A program made the position numbers and the translations under genes. Below, one piece after another: positions 53,288 through 62,467 of a stretch of DNA of 64,000 nt. This DNA comes from an uncultured Methanoregulaceae archaeon (lineage in GTDB: Archaea; Halobacteriota; Methanomicrobia; Methanomicrobiales; Methanospirillaceae). The stretch is from contig OY970061.1 of NCBI GenBank assembly GCA_963705255.1, forward strand, positions 1,632,001 through 1,696,000, read 5' to 3'. Each line of letters starts with the position of its first letter. Positions within the stretch are counted from its first letter, which is position 1. Under the pieces are notes generated by a model. The model ran no database searches. It was given only the letters and a program-made list of their open reading frames with translations, and was not told the origin of the DNA.

Positions 53288-53851
53288 ATGAACCGACCAG
53301 CACTCCTGATCATCGATATGCAGAACGACTTCGTGCTTGAGGGAAGACCGCTCCGGGTGGCCCAGGGCCGGGCGGTGGTGCCGAAGATCCTCGAGGTCCT
53401 CACCCTGTTCCGGGAGAAGAAACTCCCCGTCTTCCACATCCTCCGGGTCCACCGGAAGGACGGCTCGGACGTAGAGATCATCCGGCAGGACCGGTTCCGG
53501 GAGCAGCCGTTTGCAGTAGAGGGGACGCACGGCGCCGCCGTGGTCGATGAACTCTCGCCCCTCCCCGGCGAGTACGTGATCCCGAAGATCCGGATGAGCG
53601 CGTTCATCGGCACGGAACTGGACCTGATGCTCCGGAACCTCGGCATCACGGACCTCGTCGTGACCGGGATCCAGACCCCCAACTGCATCCGCACCACGGT
53701 CTTCGATGCGATCGCGTACAACTACCCCGTCGTGCTGGTGGACGATGCCGTAGGGGCGCAGGACAATGGGATCCACAGCGCCAACGTGAGGGACATGGCC
53801 AATATCGGCGTCCGGATCCTGAAGGCCCGCGACCTGGCAGGCATCCTCTGA
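53288..53851 (+). CDS. Isochorismatase-family cysteine hydrolase
   Basis: ALLIIDMQNDF, KIRMSAF, GIQTPNCIRTT. Confidence 0.9.
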   Translation: MNRPALLIIDMQNDFVLEGRPLRVAQGRAVVPKILEVLTLFREKKLPVFHILRVHRKDGSDVEIIRQDRFREQPFAVEGTHGAAVVDELSPLPGEYVIPKIRMSAFIGTELDLMLRNLGITDLVVTGIQTPNCIRTTVFDAIAYNYPVVLVDDAVGAQDNGIHSANVRDMANIGVRILKARDLAGIL

Positions 53852-53873
53852 CTGCGCACTTCAGGAACGGGAC

Positions 53874-54641
53874 ATGTTCTCCGGGTACGAATTCGCGATA
53901 GCAGGACTGGCAGCTGTAGCCGCCGGCATCATCAATGCCCTCGCAGGCGGCGGGACCCTCGTCTCGTTCCCCGCCCTCATCGCGCTCGGGATACCCGAAG
54001 TCGCTGCGAATATCACGAATACCGTGGCGCTCTGCCCGGGCTATTTCGGCGGCGCGATCGCCCAGCGGGAAGACCTCGCGGGGCAGGGACACCGCCTCCG
54101 GCTCCTCCTCCCTGCCGGCATCGCAGGTGGGATCGCCGGGGCTGTCCTGCTGCTCTCCATCCCCCCCCAGGTGTTCCGGGTGCTCGTCCCGTTCCTCATC
54201 CTGCTCGCAGCTCTCCTCCTGGCGGTGCAGGACCGGGTCAGGAGATGGGTACAGGAACGCAGCACCCACACGAATGACAAGGCGGACAGGGAGAGAAATG
54301 CGATTGTACCGCTCGGCATTGCCGCAGTCTACGGGGGCTATTTCGGCGCCGGAATGAGCGTCATCGTCCTCGCGGTGCTCGGGCTCTTCTTTGACGACAG
54401 CCTGACCCGGCTCAACGCGCTCAAGCAGTGCGTCTCCCTCTCAGTAAACGTGGCTGCAGCGGTCTTCTTCCTCTTCTCCGGCCTTGTCGTCTGGCCGGTT
54501 GCGCTGGTCATGGCAGCCGGGGCACTGGCCGGCGGGGCGATCGGGGGGAGGATTGCCGGACGGGTAAACCCGGAACACCTGCGGTGGACCATTGTCGTGA
54601 TCGGGGTTGCCGTCGGCATCATTTTCCTGCTGCAGATGTAG
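53874..54641 (+). CDS. TauE/SafE (TSUP) family membrane exporter
   Basis: INALAGGG, YGGYFGAG, LNALK; about 8 TM helices. Confidence 0.9.
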   Translation: MFSGYEFAIAGLAAVAAGIINALAGGGTLVSFPALIALGIPEVAANITNTVALCPGYFGGAIAQREDLAGQGHRLRLLLPAGIAGGIAGAVLLLSIPPQVFRVLVPFLILLAALLLAVQDRVRRWVQERSTHTNDKADRERNAIVPLGIAAVYGGYFGAGMSVIVLAVLGLFFDDSLTRLNALKQCVSLSVNVAAAVFFLFSGLVVWPVALVMAAGALAGGAIGGRIAGRVNPEHLRWTIVVIGVAVGIIFLLQM

Positions 54642-55115
54642 TCCTGCGGTGCGGTTTCCTCAGCTGGAGGTCTCATGAAATCCATCGCATGCTTTCCGGC
54701 GCCTGCCGGTGATCTCCGGGGTGTACCCTTCAGGTGCTGTTATCGGGTTCCCGGTACAAAACGAAAACCACGATTTTTTTTTACACATTGTTAACTGTGG
54801 AAAATATGCAAATGCCTAGCTTTGGCCCTCCATTTTTTACAAAAAATATTGCCCCCCAATCGGGTTATTGCGTTTTATTGGCAACATTATAATAACTGCA
54901 GGATCCCAGCAACTTTTTCCAGGGTTTTCTTACCGGTGTTTCTACTTATTTTATGACCTGTACTTTGCAGTTGAAGTATGTTCTCCCCTGCATCCATGGA
55001 TGGTTTATGCAGCAGCTCTCTGTTCTGATCTCATAGATTCCGTAAAGATAACGTTCTTTTTGCCACGCCCCAGTACCGCGGATAAAATATTTAATGTTTT
55101 ACAGGTATCCCTTTC

Positions 55116-55992
55116 ATGAGATTAAGTTATATGCAGATATTTTCGGAAAAAATGCCAGCAGAAAACAAGGTAGTAATCTCGGTCTCGGTAATCTCGATCA
55201 CTGTCTTTTTCTATATCATGCTGAGCGCCGACCTTCTCCCGTTGCTGGGCGTGCACCTCCCTCTTCTTCCATACATGTCGTACCTGAAAATGGGGTCGGC
55301 TACCCTGGCAGCTTTCTTCTGCTTCTGGTATTTCCGGGGCCTGCAGAATGCTCTCATCGGGTTTATTGGGATCTGCACACTGTTCTGGCTTCTCGAGTTC
55401 CTGAGCGGCCATATCGGTCTTTTTGGGGGGACGTATTCATATACCGAAGCATTCCCCGGCCCCTCAATTGGTGGAACACCCCTCCTGCTCGGGCTCGAGC
55501 ACTACGCCTATTACTTCTTCATGTCCTATTTCATCGCGAACCTTCTTGTGGACGGTGTCATCGTCTCGTCGCCGGAGAAGCTGGTGGAAGAGGGCGCTCT
55601 TTGTTTCGTTTATCTCAAGCGCTATCGTCATGGGGGTCGACATGATGGCAGACCCGGTGCAGGTGGATTTCTTCCAGCAGTGGCATTGGACCAACGCCTC
55701 GCCGTATTTCGGGATACCGTATGGCAATTATTTCGGGTACATCCTCATCTATACCATCATCCTGTTCGTGTTCAAGTACCTGGAGGTCAGGTTCCACGCA
55801 CGGGAGATAGGGCCGTCCGTCCTTGCAATAGCGCTCGTACCTTTGATTATGCATTTCTCCAGATTTTTGGAGTATGCGTCAACCGAGCTTCCGGGTCTGA
55901 CGATTATCGGGTGTTTTACCATGCTGCTGCCCTGCATACTGGCATCTGACAGGCTGCTTCTTTATTTCAGGAAGATACTCAAGGAAGAGTAA
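55116..55992 (+). CDS. CruF-like (carotenoid hydratase, DUF422) membrane protein (frameshift near 55585)
   Basis: E...GLFGGTYSY...GP.IGGTPL; then DMMADP...WHW...YFGIPYGNYFGY. Confidence 0.72.
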
Positions 55993-56080
55993 CACTGGGA
56001 TTGTGGGTGATACTGCCTGCGAACTGGTAGCGCAGAAACGGTAAACAAACGATTTTTTTTTAAAAAACCCCTTAAAAAAA

Positions 56081-56635
56081 TTATAATGCCAGGTCCCAGC
56101 GTTCTTCCAGAATTTTTTCACCCCAGTCAGTATTTTCGTGCGTGCCCGTGATACGGAATCCCATGCTGTGATACAGATGTCGTGCAGCCATGAGCGTACT
56201 GAAGGTCCATAAAAACACCCGTTCATAGCACCTCTCTTTACAAAAATCGATGGCCATGTCCATGAGCAGGCGCCCGGCACCCCGTCCCCTCACTGCAGGC
56301 TCCAGGAAGAAGAATCGTAATTGTGCTGTGGCCTCGCCCGCGTGAGTGACAGCAACACAGCCTGAGGGAACCCCCTCGTTCTCAAGAATATACATGCAGT
56401 CCCTTTCGGGATCAAACTGTTGTACAAAAGTATGAACACCACCGGTCAGGTACGCTTTCCAGACTTCCGAGCTCAATCCATATTCTGATTTATACAGTGC
56501 CAGCTGACGAGATGGCACAAAATCCAGATCAGACCCGGTAAACGATCTGATCGTAACCGGGGGGATCGTCCGGGCACCTTGCCTTTTTCCTGCAGGGACA
56601 GGGGTATGGATTTCTCCTGCATTCATCCGTGTCAA
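56081..56635 (-). CDS. GNAT N-acetyltransferase
   Basis: AQLRFFFLEPAVRGRGAG, LWT...AARHLY..MGF. Confidence 0.88.
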   Translation of the reverse strand: MTRMNAGEIHTPVPAGKRQGARTIPPVTIRSFTGSDLDFVPSRQLALYKSEYGLSSEVWKAYLTGGVHTFVQQFDPERDCMYILENEGVPSGCVAVTHAGEATAQLRFFFLEPAVRGRGAGRLLMDMAIDFCKERCYERVFLWTFSTLMAARHLYHSMGFRITGTHENTDWGEKILEERWDLAL

Positions 56636-56790
56636 TGAACCGTTATCTGCCGGTTCAACCGATAACCATTACGATGAGAAAGAGGAAAAGCCGGTAAATT
56701 TTGTCTTTTTACCTTCATATCAGAAGGAGTGCATCTGAAATTTTTTAACTCACGGTCAACAGGGTGTTGTTAAAAAAAAGTGACGGAAGA

Positions 56791-57567
56791 TTAGAGCGCG
56801 GCCACCAGCGAACTGCGGGTGACGATCCCGAAGAGCTTCCCCTTGTCCATGACGGGGACCGAGCTGATATTCTTCCTGAGCATCATACCCACGACATCCG
56901 AAACCGGTGCTGTCCTCTCCACGGAGAGCAGGGGAGTGCTCATGATGTCCTTGACGAGCATGTTCCGGATCCGGTGGTCCTGGTGGTTGTCCGTCACCGA
57001 CTCCCGGAACCTGCGCATCGCGATGGCGACGTCGGTCTCGGTCACGATGCCGGTGTACTTCTCGTTCTCGGAGACCACGAACCGGGTGATATTGTCGTCG
57101 AGCATCCTCCGCCTGAGGTGGACGACCCGCTCGTCCGCCTCGATGGTCACGACTTTCTCTATGGCAGGATCCAGGCCATCTGCCGGCGGGAACTTCTTCA
57201 GCAGGTCACCCGCGGTGACCTGCCCGATGAGCTTGTGGTCGGCGTCGTACACGACCACGAGTTTGTACCGCTGGAGGAGCGGGATGAGCACGTTGATGCT
57301 CTCGTCCGGATAGACGCTGGTGAAATCCTCCTCTACCACGCTTGCCACGTGGATGGCAGCCGGTGCAATGACGGAGTTCTGCCTGCTGCCCAGCTTTTCC
57401 GCGATCGCGTGCCGGGAGACCGTCCCGACAACCGAGTTATTATTGACCGCGATGAGGGGATCGATCCCTTCTGCAAGCATCTTATCGAGCGCTTCGGTTA
57501 TCTTTGCTGATTTTGCTATGGTTGCCGGTTTTACCATTACATCCCTGATAAAAACATCTTTTGTCAT
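56791..57567 (-). CDS. CBS-domain protein (four CBS)
   Basis: RDVM, GIVTETD, KDIMS, SSVPV...GIVTRSS. Confidence 0.9.
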   Translation of the reverse strand: MTKDVFIRDVMVKPATIAKSAKITEALDKMLAEGIDPLIAVNNNSVVGTVSRHAIAEKLGSRQNSVIAPAAIHVASVVEEDFTSVYPDESINVLIPLLQRYKLVVVYDADHKLIGQVTAGDLLKKFPPADGLDPAIEKVVTIEADERVVHLRRRMLDDNITRFVVSENEKYTGIVTETDVAIAMRRFRESVTDNHQDHRIRNMLVKDIMSTPLLSVERTAPVSDVVGMMLRKNISSVPVMDKGKLFGIVTRSSLVAAL

Positions 57568-58403
57568 TTGGCCACTTCCTTTATGATATCATCGCGTTTC
57601 ATGATCCCGTAAATTGAGTCCTTCTCCATGACAACGAGGCTGTTGACATGGTGTTTTGCCATCAGTGCTATTGCTTCGGGGAGCGGGGTCGCTGCCGGGA
57701 CGGTGATGACGGGGGTCGTCATCACGTCCTCCGCAGTCACCGATGCAACCACGAGCATGCCCTGCCCGCTCGACCCGTCCGCCCTTTCACGCCGTGTTAT
57801 CGTTACATCTTTTCCAACCACACCTGAGATCTTTGGTTCGTCGTCGAAGAACGCGAGGTTCGTCTCGGTGACGATGCCGGCAAGCGTGCCGTCGTCGTTC
57901 AGCACGAGCACCTTGTCATCGCGCTCCCGCATCACGTTGATCACGTGTTCGAGCGAGTGGTAGCGGCTGACTGTCGCCACATCCTCCATCACGTCCCCGA
58001 CCGTGCAGTTCAGTTCCCGGACGAGGACGGATTTCATCAGATCGCTCTTGGTCACGATGCCGGTCACAGCACAATCCTCCACGACCGGCACGCTGCTGAG
58101 GTTCCGGTCAACGAAGATCCGTGCGATCTCGCGCACCCCGGTATCCGGGGAGACCACGACCGGGCCGGAGCTCGCAAGCGCCCCAACGGGGATGCGGTCG
58201 AGCGGGCGCCGCCTCCAGGCAGGCTCTCCCTGGCGCAACCGGTAGGCGATGTCCTTCTTCGTAATGATCCCAACAAGCTTACCCCCGTCCATGACCGGGA
58301 GGCGCGAGATATGGTGCCGGACCATCAGGTTCCGCGCATGGGCTACCGTAGCATTGGGGTCGACAACATACACCGGCGCGGTCATCACATCGCGTGCGAA
58401 CAT
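57564..58403 (-). CDS. CBS-domain protein (four CBS)
   Basis: RDVMT, SRLPV..GIITKKD, GIVTKSD, EDVMT. Confidence 0.9.
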   Translation of the reverse strand: MFARDVMTAPVYVVDPNATVAHARNLMVRHHISRLPVMDGGKLVGIITKKDIAYRLRQGEPAWRRRPLDRIPVGALASSGPVVVSPDTGVREIARIFVDRNLSSVPVVEDCAVTGIVTKSDLMKSVLVRELNCTVGDVMEDVATVSRYHSLEHVINVMRERDDKVLVLNDDGTLAGIVTETNLAFFDDEPKISGVVGKDVTITRRERADGSSGQGMLVVASVTAEDVMTTPVITVPAATPLPEAIALMAKHHVNSLVVMEKDSIYGIMKRDDIIKEVAK

Positions 58404-58408
58404 GGCAG

Positions 58409-59350
58409 TCACTCCTTTGCAAATGCCCGTACGAGGTCGAACTCGGTCACGAGCCCGATCAGCCGGGAGTCCTCGATCACGGGCAACGCGCCGACGTTCC
58501 TCTCCAGCATCTCGCGGGCCGCCTCGTTGATGCTCTTCTCCGGGTTCGTGGTGTAGAGCCCGCCTGCTACCAGTGTGCGGACCGCGAGGCCGGTCACCTC
58601 CGCGACATTCCCGGTCGTGAGCCGGGAGAAGACCTCCCTGCTCCCGAGGTAGCGCATGATATCCGTGGCGGTCACGATCCCGTAGAGCACATCATTGCTC
58701 ACCACCGGCAGCCGCCGGAAGCGGTACCTGGTCATGTCCTGGGTGACCGTCGAGATCGGGCGGTCGGGCGAAGTGACCCGGAGCGACGAGCTCATTACGT
58801 CCTTGACCCGGAGGGAACTTCTCTCCGAACCGAGCACCTGGAGCACGTCGCGTTCGGTGACGATCCCCGCGAGCACTCCGTCTTTGTCCACGATCGGGAG
58901 CCCCCCGATCTTTTTTCCGATGATCAAGTCGACCGCGTCCCGGATGCAGGCATCGTGGGGCAGGGTCGTGACCTGCTGGGTCATGATGGTCCGCACGTTC
59001 TCGTTCACCGCAGCGATCAGGTTCCCGTTGTGCCGTACCTGGACGAGCTGGTACTTGTCGCCCCCGCCCATGAAGTTGATCACGTCTCCAGAAGTGATGA
59101 TCCCCCGGAGTCTCTTCGTGCCGGGATCCGTGACGGGGAGACGCCGGAAACCGCACTTCGTCATCTGTTCCACGGCCGCCATGATGGTCTGGGTCGGCGG
59201 GACGGAACTGACCTCACGTGTGGCGATCGCCATGATCTCTCCTTCCTGTTCGGCGATATGGGACTTGAACTCCACCGGGCCCCGGTCGAGTTTTCCCTGC
59301 ATCTTCAGGAGCCTGTCCCCCTGCTTGATGCCACGATCATTCTGCTGCAT
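58409..59350 (-). CDS. CBS-domain protein (four CBS)
   Basis: FRRLPV..GIITSGD, GGLPIV..GIVTERD, GALPV..GLVTEFD. Confidence 0.9.
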   Translation of the reverse strand: MQQNDRGIKQGDRLLKMQGKLDRGPVEFKSHIAEQEGEIMAIATREVSSVPPTQTIMAAVEQMTKCGFRRLPVTDPGTKRLRGIITSGDVINFMGGGDKYQLVQVRHNGNLIAAVNENVRTIMTQQVTTLPHDACIRDAVDLIIGKKIGGLPIVDKDGVLAGIVTERDVLQVLGSERSSLRVKDVMSSSLRVTSPDRPISTVTQDMTRYRFRRLPVVSNDVLYGIVTATDIMRYLGSREVFSRLTTGNVAEVTGLAVRTLVAGGLYTTNPEKSINEAAREMLERNVGALPVIEDSRLIGLVTEFDLVRAFAKE

Positions 59351-59452
59351 TATCACCCTCCGAAGGGTTGGTGACCCTTTCCCTGCTAGATCCCATGCGG
59401 AACCGTTCAGCGGTTGCCGGGGGTCCTTCTCTCTTCTCCGCTGGTCTTTCGT

Positions 59453-60202
59453 TCACGCGAGCGCTGCCAGGACGTCATGGCGGTTCACGACCCCGACAAG
59501 CTCTCCCTCTTCCAGGACGGGCAGCAGGCTGACGTCGTGCTTCACGAGCAGTTCTGCTGCAGTCGCGATATCCTCGCCGGGCCCGATCGTGACCACGTCC
59601 GTGGTCATCGCGTTCTCGATGGTCGTATGGGCATGGTGGGCGATCGCCGACCGCACCCGGCGGCTGCCGATCAGGTCGCGCCTCGAGATTATCCCGACCA
59701 GCTGCTTCTTCCTGACGACCGGGAAGACATAAAAGCCGCTCTCTACGATCATCGGGCAGATCTTCTGGAGCTCCTCGGCCGGGCTGACGGTGACCACTTT
59801 CCCGGACATCCGGGAACCGACCGTGCCGTGGAGTTCGTTGCGCGAGATGATGACCGGGAACAGGTCGGCGAGGAGGATCCCCCCCACGAGGTGCGGCTTC
59901 GGGCTGACGATCGCTGCACTGTCGGTACGGAACTCCTTCATCGTCTTTGCCACCTGCTCGATCGAGTCCGTGGGGCTGGCGGAGGGCGCTTCCCTCACGA
60001 ACCCCTCGACGGTCACGTTCGATTTTGTCGCGGTCACCCGCAGGCTGTCCCTGATGTCGATGTAGCCGAGCAGGTTCTTCTTCGCATCGACAACATAGAC
60101 CTCGCGGAAACGGTCATCTCTCAAGATCTGCCGTGCCCTGGTTATCAGGTCGTTGTATTTCAGCACAGGGATCTCAAGGATGAAATCCTGTGCTGTCCTC
60201 AT
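59453..60202 (-). CDS. CBS-domain protein (four CBS)
   Basis: GIISRRD, AMTTDV, LLPV..GVVNRHD. Confidence 0.9.
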   Translation of the reverse strand: MRTAQDFILEIPVLKYNDLITRARQILRDDRFREVYVVDAKKNLLGYIDIRDSLRVTATKSNVTVEGFVREAPSASPTDSIEQVAKTMKEFRTDSAAIVSPKPHLVGGILLADLFPVIISRNELHGTVGSRMSGKVVTVSPAEELQKICPMIVESGFYVFPVVRKKQLVGIISRRDLIGSRRVRSAIAHHAHTTIENAMTTDVVTIGPGEDIATAAELLVKHDVSLLPVLEEGELVGVVNRHDVLAALA

Positions 60203-60765
60203 GTGATATTTTCCTCCTCACGGCAGCGGGGGCAAAGCATGACATTGTCCACCCGCTTGAGATCATCAGACATCTGGCTGCAGCGGTTGCACATGCCCTG
60301 CTCGACGATCTCTTCCCGGTTGATCTCGATGAGATCGGTCAGGAGTTCGTTGAGTTCGTTGGAGACGGTAAGGAGGTCCCGCACGGTCACGATGCCGATC
60401 ACGTTCTTGTGCTCGTCCACGACCGGTAGTCTCCTTACCTTATGCTTCACCATCATACGGGCAGCGTCTGCTACAGTCTTCTCCGCACTCACCGTAATGA
60501 GTGGCGTGCTCATGATTTCGTTTACATGTACAGAACTCGGTTTGAAGTCCCTGGCCACGACCTTGCAGGCGAGGTCTTCCTCGGTTACGATGCCGATTGG
60601 CTTGTTGTTCCTGAGGATGATGACGCTCCCGACCTCCTCGTTGCACATGGCTTTTGCCGCTTTTGCAGCCGTTGCCTCGATGCTGATCATGATCGGGTTC
60701 TTCTTCATGACCTCCCTGATCTGGACACGGGTTTCAAACCGGATAGCATTGGATGTCTTTTTCAT
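60199..60765 (-). CDS. CBS-pair protein with C-terminal zinc ribbon
   Basis: GIVTEED, RRLPVV..GIVTVRD, CNRC...CPRC. Confidence 0.9.
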   Translation of the reverse strand: MKKTSNAIRFETRVQIREVMKKNPIMISIEATAAKAAKAMCNEEVGSVIILRNNKPIGIVTEEDLACKVVARDFKPSSVHVNEIMSTPLITVSAEKTVADAARMMVKHKVRRLPVVDEHKNVIGIVTVRDLLTVSNELNELLTDLIEINREEIVEQGMCNRCSQMSDDLKRVDNVMLCPRCREEENIT

Positions 60766-61013
60766 GAGTCACCTCCTTGAAGTGCTTGCTGATGATTACA
60801 ATTAGCATACTCCCTCCCCTTGTATAAAAACAATGTGGCAGAGGCAGATCCCCGATGCTGCACAGTAATACTGGTGCACCCGGGAGGTACTTTACCGGCG
60901 GGTGCGGCTCATCCGGGATAAGAAACATAATAAACAGCGTATTCTATACATTACTAACGAATGATGGTGAATCCGTTGTACCCGAGTACAATACTTTGCC
61001 AACGAGGTGGAAA

Positions 61014-61666
61014 GTGAAGATATTTTATCAGACCTTTGGTACGGCAAAAAAGAAATTTTCAAACTTCCTCAACAGATTTTTCAAGAAGAAGAAGACCCGG
61101 ATCGGTATTTACGGTCCCCCCAATGCAGGAAAGACGACGCTGGCGAACCGCATCGCCCGGGACTGGACTGGGGATGCCGTCGGCCCGGTAAGCGAGATCC
61201 CCCACGAGACCCGGAGGGCACGCAAGAAGGAGGATATCATCATCTCCGGCGCGAACGGCAACACGATCACCATCGATATCGTGGACACCCCGGGGGTCAC
61301 CACCAGGATCGATTACCACGAGTTTCTCGAGTTCGGGATGGAGAAGGAGGAGTCGATCATCCGGGCCCGGGAAGCAACCGAGGGCGTTGCCGAGGCGATG
61401 CACTGGCTGCGCGAGGACATCGACGGCGTGGTCTACATGCTGGACTCGACCCTCGATCCCTTCCTTCAGGTCAACATCATGATGATCGGGATCATCGAGG
61501 CCCGCAACCTGCCGGTCATCATCGTGGCAAACAAGATCGACCTTCCCGACGCGGCCCCGGTCGGATCCGCAGCGCCTTCCCCCAGCACCCGGTCGTCGCG
61601 ATCTCGGGCCTCGAGGGGCGGAACGTGGAAACCCTGTACGAGACCATGCTCGAATACTTCGGGTGA
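61014..61666 (+). CDS. Era-like GTP-binding protein, OapA-like (frameshift near 61558)
   Basis: GPPNAGKTT, PHETRR, DTPG, NKID; C-terminus RIRSAFPQHPVVAISGLEGRNVETLYE in shifted frame; GAGGTG SD before GTG at 61014. Confidence 0.88.
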
Positions 61667-61671
61667 GCGGT

Positions 61672-62070
61672 ATGCCGCACAAGTGTACGAAATGCGGGCG
61701 GGAGTACAAGGACGGGTCGACCGAGATCCTGAAAGGGTGCGCAAGCTGCGGCGGCAAGAAGTTCCTCTACATCAAGGAAGCAGAGATCAACAGGGACGTG
61801 CTCGAGGAGAAGTCCATCGACGAGATCGCCGAGGAGACACACGAGGAGGTCCTCGAAGTCGTCGAGCCGAAGGCAAAGAAGGAGGTCGAGATGTACGACC
61901 GGGTGGAGACCATCCGGATCGTCTCCCCCGGCTCTTACGAGATCAACCTCGAGAAGATGGCGCAGACCGATGAGCGGATCGTGAGCGTGGGAAAAGAGGG
62001 GAGTTATATCATCGATCTGATGTCGATGGCAAAGGACGAGCCGAAGAAGAAGAAGCACCGGAAGAAGTGA
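61672..62070 (+). CDS. Zn-ribbon protein, OapC/DUF2072-like
   Basis: MPHKCTKCG...ILKGCASCGGKKF...ETIRIVSPGSYEINL. Confidence 0.85.
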   Translation: MPHKCTKCGREYKDGSTEILKGCASCGGKKFLYIKEAEINRDVLEEKSIDEIAEETHEEVLEVVEPKAKKEVEMYDRVETIRIVSPGSYEINLEKMAQTDERIVSVGKEGSYIIDLMSMAKDEPKKKKHRKK

Positions 62071-62142
62071 GGATTGCTTCTTCTTAGAGATCTTTTCCAA
62101 AATTTTTTCAATTCAGTTAAATTTTGACCTTTTTAAGGAGAA

Positions 62143-62400
62143 TGCTGTTCCCGAAGGGAAGAGCAGTCTGGAGAATGCCGCATCTCATCAGAGATGTGGC
62201 AGAGGGATTTGAAAAATCCCTCTTGTCGAAAGTCATCAGACTTGAGACATGAGAAGACCGTAGGTCTTTGAAGAAGCCGTAAGGGTTCTTCGACCTGCTG
62301 GTGGCACAAGAGGGGGGCCGGATGAAAATACCTTAGCAAAACCGACAGGAATCAGTCGTCGCATCAGCAAGGAGTAATTCGACTAGCCATCAGGCTTCGA
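62143..62400 (+). repeat. Cluster of at least seven tandem hairpins (mosaic element, locus 5)
   Basis: Hairpins at 62143-62165, 62176-62201, 62201-62223, 62224-62249, 62254-62268, 62270-62291, 62379-62400. Confidence 0.8.
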
Positions 62401-62467
62401 CTCGTTTTGCGCGTGTGAAATCGTTACGGTTGAGTGCCTGTTTGTCTCACCCGATCATCAGGTTTTG

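Noticed and set aside
52325-53776. 483-aa fused hydrolase ORF
   Set aside because: The upstream half is the antisense of the isochorismatase gene; the hydrolase starts at 53164.
35246-59417. Shared AAC(C/T)GTTCAGCGGTTG at two intergenic sites (about 35246 and 59402)
   Set aside because: Short, only two instances and no flanking similarity; may be chance, though worth including in a genome-wide hairpin scan.
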